A DNA stretch of 64,000 nucleotides, from NCBI RefSeq assembly GCF_964355755.1, contig NC_092675.1, positions 4,273,812 to 4,337,811 of the forward strand, given 5' to 3'. Below are positions 25,301 through 38,318 of this stretch, one piece after another. The notes beneath the pieces are model-generated. The model did not search any database. It saw only the letters and a list, made by a program, of their open reading frames with translations, and was not told where the DNA came from. Each line of letters opens with the position of its first letter. Within the stretch, counting starts at the first letter, position 1. The stretch comes from Antedon mediterranea (Eukaryota; Animalia; Echinodermata). The translations under genes were made by a program, and so were the position numbers.

Positions 25301-28300
25301 CTTTTGTTTAATCCTGTCACCGTCATGGGTTTTGTTTTCTTTTGTTTAATCCTGTCACCGTCATGGGTTTTGTTTTCTTTTGTTTAATCCTGTCACCGTC
25401 ATGGGTTTTGTTTTCTTTTGTTTAATCCTGTCACCGTCATGGGTTTTGTTTTCTTTTGTTTAATCCTGTCACCGTCATGGGTTTTGTTTTCTTTTGTTTA
25501 ATCCTGTCACCGTCATGGGTTTTGTTTTCTTTTGTTTAATCCTGTCACCGTCATGGGTTTTGTTTTCTTTTGTTTAATCCTGTCACTGTCATGGGTTTTG
25601 TTTTCTTTTGTTTAATCCTGTCACCGTCATGGGTTTTGTTTTCTTTTGTTTAATCCTGTCACCGTCATGGGTTTTGTTTTCTTTTGTTTAATCCTGTCAC
25701 CGTCATGGGTTTTGTTTTCTTTTGTTTAATCCTGTCACCGTCATGGGTTTTGTTTTCCTTTGTTTAATCCTGTCACCGTCATGGGTTTTGTTTTCTTTTG
25801 TTTAATCCTGTCACCGTCATGGGTTTTGTTTTCCTTTGTTTAATCCTGTCACCGTCATGGGTTTTGTTTTCTTTTGTTTAATCCTGTCACCGTCATGGGT
25901 TTTGTTTTCTTTTGTTTAATCCTGTCACTGTCATGGGTTTTGTTTTCTTTTGTTTAATCCTGTCACCGTCATGGGTTTTGTTTTCCTTTGTTTAATCCTG
26001 TCACCGTCATGGGTTTTGTTTTCTTTTGTTTAATCCTGTCACCGTCATGGGTTTTGTTTTCTTTTGTTTAATCCTGTCACCGTCATGGGTTTTGTTTTCT
26101 TTTGTTTAATCCTGTCACCGTCATGGGTTTTGTTTTCTTTTCTTTAATCCTGTCACCGTCATGGGTTTTGTTTTCTTTTCTTTAATCCTGTCACCGTCAT
26201 GGGTTTTGTTTTCTTTTCTTTAATCCTGTCACCGTCATGGGTTTTGTTTTCTTTTGTTTAATCCTGTCACCGTCATGGGTTTTGTTTTCTTTTGTTTAAT
26301 CCTGTCACCGTCATGGGTTTTGTTTTCTTTTGTTTAATCCTGTCACCGTCATGGGTTTTGTTTTCTTTTGTTTAATCCTGTCACCGTCATGGGTTTTGTT
26401 TTCTTTTGTTTAATCCTGTCACCGTCATGGGTTTTGTTTTCTTTTGTTTAATCCTGTCACCGTCATGGGTTTTGTTTTCCTTTGTTTAATCCTGTCACCG
26501 TCATGGGTTTTGTTTTCTTTTGTTTAATCCTGTCACCGTCATGGGTTTTGTTTTCTTTTGTTTAATCCTGTCACTGTCATGGGTTTTGTTTTCTTTTGTT
26601 TAATCCTGTCACCGTCATGGGTTTTGTTTTCTTTTGTTTAATCCTGTCACTGTCATGGGTTTTGTTTTCTTTTGATTAATCCTGTCACCGTCATGGGTTT
26701 TGTTTTCTTTTGTTTAATCCTGTCACCGTCATGGGTTTTGTTTTCTTTTGTTTAATCCTGTCACTGTCATGGGTTTTGTTTTCTTTTGTTTAATCCTGTC
26801 ACCGTCATGGGTTTTGTTTTCTTTTGTTTAATCCTGTCACCGTCATGGGTTTTGTTTTCTTTTGTTTAATCCTGTCACCGTCATGGGTTTTGTTTTCTTT
26901 TGTTTAATCCTGTCACCGTCATGGGTTTTGTTTTCTTTTGTTTAATCCTGTCACCGTCATGGGTTTTGTTTTCTTTTGTTTAATCCTGTCACCGTCATGG
27001 GTTTTGTTTTGTTATGTTTATTTGTATTATGTTTTAATTGACGAAATAAATGAAATGAAATGTGATGCACATATTTTAAAATGTTTATAGAATAACATTT
27101 ATTTGATTGATTGATATTGAATATAAAGAGCGTAGAGGTGTGTTGTCTGTAATATAGTGCACTTGTAAGAAGTCCAACAATTATCGTTATCTGTCCTTGT
27201 TTTTATGAAAGTTTGATAATAAACCCAACATTGACGAAATAGGGGGGTTACCCTGGTGTACTAGTATACACACAGCCACTTTCACTCATCAGCAGCATAC
27301 GCTGTTTAGGGTCACCCTTTATAAATAAGGTGTAATAAAAAAAAAAAAATAAAATCAACATACTTATTTCCTGTTGCATAATCTTGTACTCTAAAGACAG
27401 ATGCTGCTCTACATAGCTCCTTCAAATCACTGCCAGAGAACTTCTCCGTCTCTTGAGCTAGTTTATCTGTGTCTATATCTTCATTTTTCTGTAAAGTAAC
27501 CATACTAAAATGAACACTACTACAATTGAACACATTTGACCTCACATTTGACCTGGCATTTGACCTGGCATTTGACCTGGCATTTGACCTGGCATTTTCC
27601 ATCTAGACAGTTAAATACAATTTATACCGACGAGCGGTAACAGTAATAATAATACAAATATATAATGTAGAATCCTATTCACACCCAATGCAGGTTAACT
27701 CTGCACTATAAATTTAACAAAAGTCAACGTAGTGACAGACTCCTTGAAAGAAAAATTAAAACAAATAGATATGGCAATTCATTCGTCCCTGCTGCAATAC
27801 GGTTTTACAATGAATGACATGCGCTAGTTTTATTTATTAGTAGTATTATAATCGACATTTTAGGATTTTATATTTTGTGTGGCTTTTATATTGTAATTTA
27901 TATATTCATGTACTGTATCCTTTTTATATTTGTATGTATGTATTTTGAAAAGGCCAACAGAGTTTCCCCATGGGGATAATAAAGATGGAATTGAATTGAT
28001 TTGAATTGAATATACAGATTCTATGTGGGACAAGCTACGGTGTTTTCCACTTAAGCATGGTTCCCACTAGTGACGCAACACAAGGACGTAACGCAACGCA
28101 AGTGAATTGACCAATCACAAGCGATAGCTTATTCGCTTGTGATTTCTAACTGTCTATAACTTCGCTTGTCATTGGTTAAAACGCTTGCGTTGCGTTTACG
28201 TCCTTGCGTTACATTCTAGTGGGAACCAAGCTTTACTGTTACCACTCATCTGTTTAAATTGGCCTTTACCGTAATTTAATTGAGAAATATCAAGAATAAA

Positions 28301-31230
28301 TAGATAATCAAACACCAAAATTTCTTTTGTTTTCAGTTTACTATGATTTGCAGTAACCAATGAAACATAGAATCTATAAATACATAGCCTATTAAACTGC
28401 TGTAGTTAAAAAATAGAATACTCACATCTTCACCTTCTAATACAATATCTAAAATGTTCTTTCTTGCTCGTTTGTTCTGAAGGGAAAAAAGCGCTTCGTA
28501 TTTGTAGTGTGTGCGACATTGATCGTTGATTACTCTCGGACAAAAATGTTAGTAAGTAATAAATAAAAGTACACGCTATTTCCTTAAACATTTATTGAAT
28601 AACTAAAACTGATGTGGGTGGCTGGCTGACCCTTGAACCACCTTGACCCTGGCTGACCCTTGAACCACCTTGTGTTGGTATTCATTGTTATTTTATTTTA
28701 ATTTTTTTTTATTTTAACAACATCCAACAGGGAAAAATTACCAATTGCCTTTAAAATAGACACAAAAACATAGTAAAAATGAAAAATTAAATAGATTAGA
28801 ACTTTAGATTTCAAAATTGGCAAAAAAAATAGTGTAAGCTAAAAATAGAGTTAACTATACAAGAAGTGAACTATACAAGTGAAAAGTGCCTTAATGGACG
28901 ATTAGACATTTTATAAGAAGATTTGAACTCAGCTTACCGGTAACTGTACACAGAAAACGCTAGGCATTCTTCTAAGAATAGCTGCGTCAACATCTTGAGG
29001 TCGATTGGTGGCGCCCATCACCATAACCTACGGAATATAATTAAAATCTTGAATTATACTACAATGCACCGCACGTTGTGAACTAAAGCCTTTTAAAACT
29101 GTTATTTATAATAAACAAACATCTTCTGTTACCTGGCAATTTGGATCTGTTGCAATGCCATCCCATAATGTCATAAACTGTGCTTTCATCATGGCGGTTG
29201 CTTCATGATCTTGTGAGGCACGACTTCGAAGAAACGAGTCAATCTCGTCAATGAAAATAATAGATGGCTGAATTTTCATAGCCTGTAATGACAATATTAG
29301 GTAAATTAATTATTAAAGGTATAATATTACTGCAAAGTGTAAAAACTGGTAACAATAATTTTTAATTGTATTAAAAATTATGTCCAGTTTCGCTATGTTT
29401 CATTTGCAAACATGTGTAATTATACATATTTAATGAATATTAAGATGACTTGAAAAGAAAAAACATTGATGTTTGCCTTTCAAGAACAGCTTAGTTCTAG
29501 ATGATTCAACGTTTACATTAAAATTAGCATTCCCAAATTATTCCTAGTTAAAAAATTGGCCTTAAAAAGTAGTTTTAAAACAGTAGTAGTTTTTTCTTAA
29601 GCCCTGTCTACACTATCAAAAAGTTCGACAAAAAAAGTGTGATGTGCCCAAATATAGTAGTCATATGCTTAAATATGTAATATGACATCATGTCCATATA
29701 TGGGCACATCACATTTTTTTTGACACATAAAGTTTGATAGTGTAGACAGAGCTTTATAAATACACTACAATTTTCTTATCAATGTTACAAAATGTGAAAG
29801 ATAAATGATAGTTGATACTCACTAATGAAAATACCGCACCAGACAGCTTCTGGGATTCTCCATACCATTTATCCGTAAGACTGGATGCCTGTAAATTGAT
29901 GAATCGGCAACCTGATTCACGAGCAATGGCCCTAGCAATCATTGTCTTGCCACAGCCAGGTGGTCCATGAAGAAGAACACCTGTGAAAATGTGTAAATGA
30001 TTTGCTTATTGCAAAAACGTTCCTTTTGAGAATTTAGGTTTGTATGAAAGAAACAATCATTATTATTATCCAAGTTATTATCTTATAAATGAAAATCCTG
30101 ATATAATCATTTGCTTTAAAAGCCTGACTGTCCTATTTAACTCTGCCCCACCTCGTTAGTTAGATAAGTGAATCTTTCACCAATAGACTAGGTTGTAGGT
30201 AGGCATAGATGCCAAACACCATTATGGCACTCCAGGCTGGCCTTGTGCCTTAAATTTAAGGGGAACAGTGCAGTGGTGTTTGAATCCTCTTCATTGTTTT
30301 TTTGTTGTCACTAATTGGTTGTCTTTGGTTAGCCTTTTTCCTGCTCAGAGTCTAGATAATTTTAATAATCAACAAACACTGAAAGGGCTCTAATCTTTAT
30401 GAAATAGCTTTATATAAATGTCGCATTGTTATTAATATTATTTCAATTCATAGATATATTCAACTCTTAAACATTCATTACTTATTATAATGTTTCTATT
30501 TACCCTTTGGGGGACTAAGTAAGGTAGAGTTTGAAAATAAATGTCTCTTTTGCAATGGTAGAATAATCATATGTTTGATCTCTTCAATGACATCATCAAG
30601 ACCTCCAATGTCATCCCATGAGGTCCGTAGAGTGCTTGGATCAAGTAACTGAGCTGCGATTGACATCTCATATTCTGATAAAGTCACATTCTGCACACCG
30701 ATTCTCATCATGAGTTTTTTAGCCTAGAAATACAGGCATATACACATTTTTTATTATATTTCTATACAAAAACTGAATGATATGATATACAGAGATATTA
30801 TACAATACAATACAATATTATTTATTGTCATTTTAACAAGGTGCAAATGAAATTTGGTTTGTTGATTACATACAATATCCAACTAATGCAAAAAAGCATT
30901 TAAACCAATTCAGAATCTAAAGAACTTGCGAAATGTTGTCATTCGAAGCATTTTGTAGTCCAGGTCAAGAAAATAACAAAGTAAATAATAAATTTTAAAA
31001 AATAACAACTTAAGGACTTTGCATTGTAAATTATCTTAATTTCTACCTAAATCTAACAAATTTACCTCTTTTTGTGCTTCATCTTTTTGTTTCTTGGTAG
31101 GATCCATAGCATTCACAATCCATTTGACGCCAAAGTACGTACAAGCACCAAGAAGTGTCAGACGAAATAACATTCCTATAACCTCGTCTCTGCTAAGACG
31201 CATCTTACTTGCGTATGTCTCCTCATGCAT
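22329..31230 (-). CDS. ATAD1: ATAD1/Msp1/Thorase membrane-anchored AAA+ ATPase, 8 coding exons, ~358 aa
   Basis: Exons 31066-31230 (TM anchor, DPTKKQK), 30504-30723 ([19 protein letters not shown]), 29823-29980 (Walker A GPPGCGKT, pore loop DKWYGES), 29133-29282 (Walker [22 protein letters not shown]), 28938-29027 ([17 protein letters not shown]), 28426-28476, 27364-27488 ([11 protein letters not shown]), 22329-22446 (LRPL...stop); 1077 nt in frame. Confidence 0.95.
22826..27020. repeat. Homogeneous satellite, 38-bp unit, ~110 copies (~4.2 kb), in the last ATAD1 intron
   Basis: Unit gttttcttttgtttaatcctgtcaccgtcatgggtttt with few variants (cac[c/t]g, ttcc, gatt). Confidence 0.98.
28054..28232. 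mobile_element. MITE related to family B with TTA TSD
   Basis: tta|agcatggttcccactagtgacgcaacacaaggacgtaa...ttacgtccttgcgttacattctagtgggaaccaagct|tta. Confidence 0.85.
29600..29753. mobile_element. MITE family A copy with TTA TSD
   Basis: tta|agccctgtctacactatcaaa...tttgatagtgtagacagagct|tta. Confidence 0.9.
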
Positions 31231-31344
31231 GTTGCTTGACTATAATTAAGTGAAAATAAAAGACATTTTCAAGAAATTTATATAATTATACACTATACAA
31301 CCCCCGGGAGAGTGCGTCATTTACAACTAATTACTGATGCATTT

Positions 31345-32190
31345 CTTTAAATTGACAGGTCTTGGTAGGTAATACTAGTTGAAGCAATACGGACATTTGT
31401 GATGCAATGTATGCATTAAATTACTATTATTTAATTATCATTAAAATAAAGCATCTTTTTTAACTCACCATCATGTTTTCTCACGATGCATGCAAATAAT
31501 AGTAATTTAATGCATACATTGCATCACAAATGTCCGTATTGCTTCAACTAGTATTACCTACCAAGACCTGTCAATTTAAAGTGTTATTTTAACGAAATAT
31601 GATATATAAAGACTTCTAATACCATTTCCAATAATTCAATTTTTGCCCGATATAGACACCAAAAATGTTAAATGTAGGCCTACGACACAGTAGGCCTACG
31701 ACACAGTAGGCCTACGACAGGAGAGCTGCGTTGAGTGTCAGTGACCCATACTAATTGACACAATACGGACATTTGTGACGCAATGTATGCATTAACTCAG
31801 TTCGTTTCGCGAAGCTTGTCGCGATTATTTAACATTTTCGTAACATTTTTGGTGTCTATATCGCGCTAAAATTTAGGTTTTATTGTTGGAAATGCTATTA
31901 GAAGTCATATTTCGTTAAAGTAACACTTTAAATTGACAGGTCTTGGTAGTTCTTGGTAGGTCATACTAGTTGACGCAATACTTACATTTGTGACGCAATG
32001 TATGCATCAACTCAGTTCGTTTCGCGAACGCGAAGCTTGTCAATTATTTAACATTTTTGGTGTCTATATCGCGCTAAAATTGAGGTTTTATTGTTTGAAA
32101 TGCTATTAGAAGTCTATATAATATATCATATTTCGTTAAATTAACACTTTAAATTGACAGGTCTTGGTAGTTCTTGGTAGGTCTTGGTAT
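31345..32190. repeat. Complex foldback: perfect 88-bp inverted arms plus direct and inverted ~220-bp units
   Basis: 31345-31432 is the exact reverse complement of 31494-31581; 31560-31672 is inverted relative to ~31840-31945 and ~32047-32170; two direct ~220-bp units at ~31750-31965 and ~31966-32190. Confidence 0.9.
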
Positions 32191-32612
32191 TTAGGAGGAC
32201 CCATTTAATATACTGTATTGTAATAAGATTTTTAAATTTCCATCAAAGTAAAAATTAGGTATGGAACATCATTCAGAACCGATTTGATTAGTTTTAAATC
32301 GGCTGCTACTGCTACTCAGTAACTCTGTACTTTTACAACTCTAAATTAAACTAAATAAACATTCACTAATTTATGGTGAGCGAGTGACCGTATTGGAGGT
32401 ACTACTACACACTTTTCTTTATTAGGCTTAGCCTAGCTACTACGAGTCTAGGTCTAAGTTCTAATTAGGCTGCGCTAGGTAGTAGCCTAGCCTAGCTAGG
32501 CCCTAGCTAGGCCCGAATTTCGACCAACCGAGGCCTAAAAATGAATTCAATTTCATGCTTTATTTATATGTTTAGGATTGTTAACTTGATTGCAGACAAA
32601 TCAAATACTTAC

Positions 32613-33154
32613 TGTGGATTAATTCAATAATAATAATTAATATAATATTTAAAACTAAATATTATTTTAAATGATTTTTTATAGTGCACCAATAAACAAT
32701 AAAAAGCATGAATAAGTAAGTAAACTTCTGTGTAACTCGAATCTATTGGGACGACTATTTTGCATTATGCAATATCACAGTTCGTCGTGCGAATAGGCAG
32801 AAAGAATCTATAATAAGGGGATTCCCTAAAATCAACCACTAAAACAAATAGGTATATAATAATGTTTTTATGTAAACCAGTTTATACAATTTATGTATAC
32901 ATAAATTATTGTATTTAAAAAGATATTAAAATAGAAATTATATTTTATTCAAAATGGTCACTGGATTGTTTGATATCATAAAAATTCACATACTGTATTC
33001 TTTTAGAATATCTATCCCCTTGTCGAATTGGTTTCGTCTAACATAACCTCTTTTTACTACCCACAATTCTCTAGAAATTGTGCAAACACTAAGCGTGTTT
33101 CCGGTTTGCTCCACATGGTGGTTTAAGCCTAGTTGTAATTTATACCTCAACAAA
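32613..33154. promoter_or_regulatory. Probable bidirectional promoter region ATAD1/NOLC1
   Basis: Head-to-head genes; candidate ATAD1 non-coding first-exon donor (minus CAG|GTAAGT-like) at 32612 and acceptor at 31240; NOLC1 ATG at 33155. Confidence 0.5.
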
Positions 33155-36100
33155 ATGGAAAGGGACGAGAAAAACACATTAAATGGAATAATCCATGACT
33201 TTTTAATTCAACACAAATTTCCAAAAGTGGCAAAATTATTTCAAAAAGAAGCAAAAGTGGTAAGTAGACTATTTTTAGGCATTTAATTTACAGTTATTAT
33301 CGAGACTGAGAGGAGCTGCTGGCTGGACGTGACATGACATGACTTCACGATCGAGTGCATGAGGCGACGACCACACTAAGCCTAGCCTAGGCCTAGCCCA
33401 CTTAGGGTAATAACCGGCATGTGGTATTTAATAATGCGTTTCCTAACTTTTTACAATAAATAATACCAATATTAATATAGGCCTAGTAAGTCCTGTTTAA
33501 TGCCTAGCAAGTCCTGTGAGTAAAACTACATATCACTTTAACATAATTTTAATAATTAATTAAATTAAATAACAAAAATAGATTAATGCTGTGCACTGAT
33601 CTAAAATATTCAATTAAATAGTAAATGGAATTTTATCCACAGGAAACCAATAAACAAGATGGAAATCCCACAATGACGGAAATGTACCAATGCTGGGTGA
33701 CGTCACCAAAAAATAAACGAAAAGCTGGTGGAGGGGATGCCAACAAAACCCCATCCAAAAAGCAGAAAAGAGAAGAAAGCAGCAGTAGTGACTCCTCGGA
33801 AGAAGATGAACCACAAGTAAAAAAACCTGCTCAAGCTAAAACTCCTGTAAAATCAGCCACTAAAGCCAATGCAAAACAAGAATCCTCAGATAGCAGTTCT
33901 GACTCAGATGATAGCGAAAATGAAACTAATAAAGCTAAAGTTCAGGTTAAGGCTCCTGTAGCTGCAAATGCAACTGCACCTAAGAAAGTGACACCTAAAA
34001 AGAAAGACAGCTCATCAGAGAGCAGTTCTTCTGAGAGTGATGATGAAAGCGCAAAAAAGGCAAAGCGTACACAAAATGCCAAGGGACAATTTAGTGCTGT
34101 ACCTCCACCATCATATGCTAATTCTAGTAGTGAAGGCAAATCTCAAGCAAAGAAAGTCATTCCTACAAAAACAACTCCAACCAAGAAGGCTGTTAATAAG
34201 AAAGAGAGTTCCAGCAGTTCAGAATCAAGTAGTGATGAAGAACCCCCAGCAAAAAAAGTCACCACAGCAAAAAAAATCACCCCAGCAACAAAAGTAGCCC
34301 AAGCAAAAACATCTCCAGCCAAGAAGACGGTCAATAAAAAAGATAGTTCAAGTAGTTCAGAATCTAGCAGTGATGATGAAGCAGCAACCAAAAAAGCTGT
34401 TAAAAAGATGCCAGTCCCTACAAAAACCACTAAAAAAGACTCATCCTCTTCTAGTTCAGATTCAAGTAGCGAGGATGAAAAGAAAACACCAGCATCTGCA
34501 AAGAAGGCACCAACTGTAAAAAAGAAAGATACACCAGCAAAAGTGACTCCTGCTGCTAAAAAGACACCATCAAAGAAAGAGAGCTCATCCAGTAGTTCAG
34601 AATCAAGTAGCGAAGATGAAAAAAAAACACCAACATCCGCAAAGAAGGCACCAGCTCTAACAAAGAAAGGTACACCAGCAAAAGTGACCCCTGCTGCTAA
34701 AAAGACACCATCAAAGAAAGAGAGCTCATCCAGTAGTTCTGATTCAAGTAGCGAAGATGAAAAGAAAACACCAGCATCTGTAAAGAAGGCACTAACTGTA
34801 ACAAAGAAAGGTACACCAACAAAAGTGACTCCTGCTGCTAAAAAGACACCATCAAAGAAAGAGAGCTCATCCAGTAGTTCAGATTCAAGTAGCGAAGATG
34901 AAAAGAAAACACCAGCATCGGCAAAGAAGTCACCAATTGTAGCGAAGAAAGGTACACCAGGAAAAGTGACTCCTGCTGCTAAAAAGACACCGTCAAAGAA
35001 AGAGAGCTCATCCAGTAGTTCTGATTCAAGTAGCGAAGATGAAAAGAAAACACCAGCATCCGCAAAGAAGGCACCAACTTTAACAAAGAAAGATACACCA
35101 GCAAAAGTGACCCCTGCTGCTAAAAAGACACCATCAAAGAAAGAGAGCTCATCCAGTAGTTCTGATTCAAGTAGCGAAGATGAAAAGAAAACACCAGCAT
35201 CGGCAAAGAAGTCACCAATTGTAGCGAAGAAAGGTACACCAGCAAAAGTGACTCCTGCTGCTAAAAAGACACCGTCAAAGAAAGAGAGCTCATCCAGTAG
35301 TTCTGATTCAAGTAGCGAAGATGAAAAGAAAACACCAACATCCGCAAAGAAGGCACTAACTGTAACAAAGAAAGGTACACCAACAAAAGTGACTCCTGCT
35401 GCTAAAAAGACACCATCAAAGAAAGAGAGCTCATCCAGTAGTTCAGAATCAAGTAGCGAAGATGAAAAGAAAACACCAGCATCTGCAAAGAAGGCACCAA
35501 CTGTAAAAAAGAAAGATACACCAGCAAAAATGACTCCTGCTGCTAAAAAGACACCGTCAAAGAAAGAGAGCTCATCCAGTAGTTCTGATTCAAGTAGCGA
35601 AGATGAAAAGAAAACACCAACATCCGCAAAGAAGGCACCAACTGTAGCGAAGAAAGATACACCAACAAAAGTGACCCCTGCTGCTAAAAAGACACCATCA
35701 AAGAAAGAGAGCTCATCCAGTAGTTCAGATTCAAGTAGCGAAGATGAAAAGAAAACACCAACGTCCGCAAAGAAGGCACCAACTGTAGCGAAGAAAGATA
35801 CACCAACAAAAGTGACGCCTGCTGCTAAAAATACACCATCAAAGAAAGACAGCTCATCCAGTAGTTCAGATTCAAGTAGTGAGGATGAAAAGAAAACACC
35901 AACATCCGCAAAGAAGGCACCAACTGTAACAAAGAAGGGTACACCAGCAAAAGTGACCCCTGCTGCTAAAAAGACACCCTCAAAGAAAGAGAGCTCATCC
36001 AGTAGTTCAGAATCAAGTAGCGAAGATGAAAAGAAAACACCAACATCCTCAAAGAAGTCACCAACTGTAACAAAGAAAACATCAATTCCTGTAACAAATG

Positions 36101-38318
36101 GTAATGGAAGCTCTGATAGTGACAGTGAAAGTTCTGATTCTGAAGATGAAAAGAAGCAAAATTCTAAGAAGAAAGTATTAACAAAGGTACTTTTGGTAAA
36201 TTTTTATATAATTGTATTGTTCTTGAATGAATATATTGACTGTGATACTCTGGGTACCACAAAAGAAGCTGTAATGGCGTCATAAGACGGGATGTGACGT
36301 CACATACACATCAATAACCTCGCTACCAAATAGTTTATACGGCTATACGGTACCATCTTCATATGGCTGCATCCTGTTTGAAATTTAAAAATCCGTAGTA
36401 TAGCTCTGAGGACATGTCCCTGTAGTATATTAGAGAGGTTTTGCAATCTTACGAATACGATAACGAAAACGTCACGCACACATATTCGTTTTCGTAAGCC
36501 AGTAAAAATCTGTTTCGCATGGCAACGAAATATTGAGGTCGCCGTCCAAAATATGACTGCGGTAAATTTGAGCGAAGCGCAGGTACGTGTTGCTTAGTGC
36601 TTGGCTGCCTAGGCCTAGCGTAACATCAAAGTGAATGAGGACTTTAAAAACTGCTATTATCAAAATTGACCTGGCATTTTAGTAAATTACTTTAGTAAAT
36701 TACTTTAAATAAAGGTATAATTATATTTTAATCATGAATCATTCCTGATTCAAATGCAAAATGTGCAAAATAGATCAAAAACTATACTCGTTTTGTAGTT
36801 ACGAATATGACTGGTGATATTCGTCAACACGAATACGCTTTACGAATATGAAATGGGGATCAGCTCAAAAGTTTCACAAATGTGTGACGTATCCGTTTTC
36901 GTTATCGTATTCGTAAGGTTGCGAAACCTCCTTATTCATGCCAAATCCCAGCTCAATACTACAACGAATAATGGAGGAGTAGTACTTTATAAATCGCACT
37001 TTTTACTCAATAGAGTCGAATGGAGGAGAAGATGAGCGAGTTCTAGACTCGGGTACCCGAGTAAAAAAAACAAAATGTAATGTTATATATATAATTTGTG
37101 TTTGACTAAACCTAGAATGATCTCTGACCTTACTGTTTTTATTTATTATTTAGAAAAGACCCCGATCAGATTCGTCGGAGAATGAAGACAATGAAGAAAC
37201 AAAAACACCGATGAAAAGTAAAATAGTAGAACAGAAAACACCAAACACTGTTCCGAAAGTAAATCAAAAGAAGGTAATGCAGTCTAACTTCTTAGGAGGA
37301 CACCTTTGGGACCCAGCAAAGTTTCCTCTTTATAGGAGTGTCCCCTGAATAAAGGTTGACCATTTTCCCTAGTTCATTTTCCAACAGTTGGATGTAGACT
37401 TTTGTGTCAGTACGGTATCAGAAACTGTAATTTTGTTTTATCATTTATCTATTTTAATATAGACTAAAACTACACCAGCACCATTCAGAAGAGTTAAAGA
37501 AGAAGAAGTAGTTGTAGATTCTAAACTGAAATCAAATGCTTTCGAGAGTAAGGTATGTACAATAATATGTGATTTAGTTGGATAAGGAGTTCTGTTTTGT
37601 ACAGTATAAAATCAGTTTCCTTCTTTGAACCAAAAACAATTGTCTGGGTATCATTCTTGACTTTACCTACCTAAGTCTCCAAGAACCTAAACACATTCCT
37701 TTTCAACACAATTACCTGCTTGTAAAATTGTTGTTAAAAACAACATTATTTAAACTTGGTTTCAAGATAATATTTTATAAACTAACAGTATTATTATTTT
37801 ATGTCAATATCAGATAATTTTCTATTGAATTTGAATGCAGGAAATACCCAACCTTTATGAAATTGTAGTGAAGCTGTAGCTTGGTGGTTAACATGCTTGC
37901 CTTTAAATCCCAGGTTTCAATCCTGACCTAGTGCCAGGGTTGTAACTCACAACTCTTTAACTCCACTCCCTAAGCCTCAAATGAGACTTAGTTTATAAGC
38001 ATGATAAATTAATATAAAATAAAATAGTTAATCGATCCTGTAATTGGCGAGTTTCTCGCTGTTGGATGGGTATGAAATAAAATTAAAAAAATGTTTAAAT
38101 TTATTCTTCTATGATCCAACTGTACTATATTGAAATTGTTAATACATTTATCTGTTCAGCGAGGTGCTTTTGGATCGTGGGGGGAACGTGCTAACAACGA
38201 CCTCAAGTTTACAAAGGGTAAATCATTCCGTCACGAGAAGACAAAGAAAAAGCGTGGCAGTTACAGAGGTGGCAACATTGATACTTCAGTGAACTCTATC
38301 AAATTTGACAGTGATTGA
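33155..38318 (+). CDS. NOLC1: Nucleolar and coiled-body phosphoprotein 1 (Nopp140/SRP40 family), 5 exons, ~1005 aa
   Basis: Exons 33155-33259 (LisH-like [24 protein letters not shown]), 33643-36186 (alternating Ser/acidic and Lys/Pro/Ala blocks), 37154-37273, 37463-37552 ([10 protein letters not shown]...NAF), 38160-38318 (SRP40_C: [46 protein letters not shown]). Confidence 0.95.
34435..36080 (+). repeat. Coding minisatellite in NOLC1, 141-bp (47-aa) unit, ~12 copies
   Basis: gatgaaaa(g/a)aaaacacca recurs every 141 nt from 34474 to 36025. Confidence 0.95.
36432..36932. mobile_element. ~500-bp MITE with ~45-bp TIRs in NOLC1 intron 2
   Basis: gaggttttgcaatcttacgaatacgataacgaaaacg ... cgttttcgttatcgtattcgtaaggttgcgaaacctc. 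Confidence 0.8.
37870..38030 (+). mobile_element. tRNA-derived SINE fragment
   Basis: tagcttggtggtta (A box) ... ggtttcaatcc (B box); head resembles the 14411 element. Confidence 0.45.

Noticed and set aside
22826-27020. CRISPR-like array (38-bp repeat)
   Set aside because: Units are directly adjacent with no unique spacers, there are no cas genes, and the context is a eukaryotic intron
27270-27300. Hammerhead-like core CTGATGA-GT-GAAA on the minus strand
   Set aside because: No stem II and no convincing stems I/III; lies in a decayed SINE fragment
33942-34430. Antisense and alternate-frame ORFs overlapping NOLC1
   Set aside because: Shadow ORFs of low-complexity coding sequence
36187-38159. 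Intronic snoRNAs in NOLC1
   Set aside because: No clear box C/D pair with terminal stem or H/ACA structure recognised by eye; an Rfam/Infernal scan would be needed to exclude them
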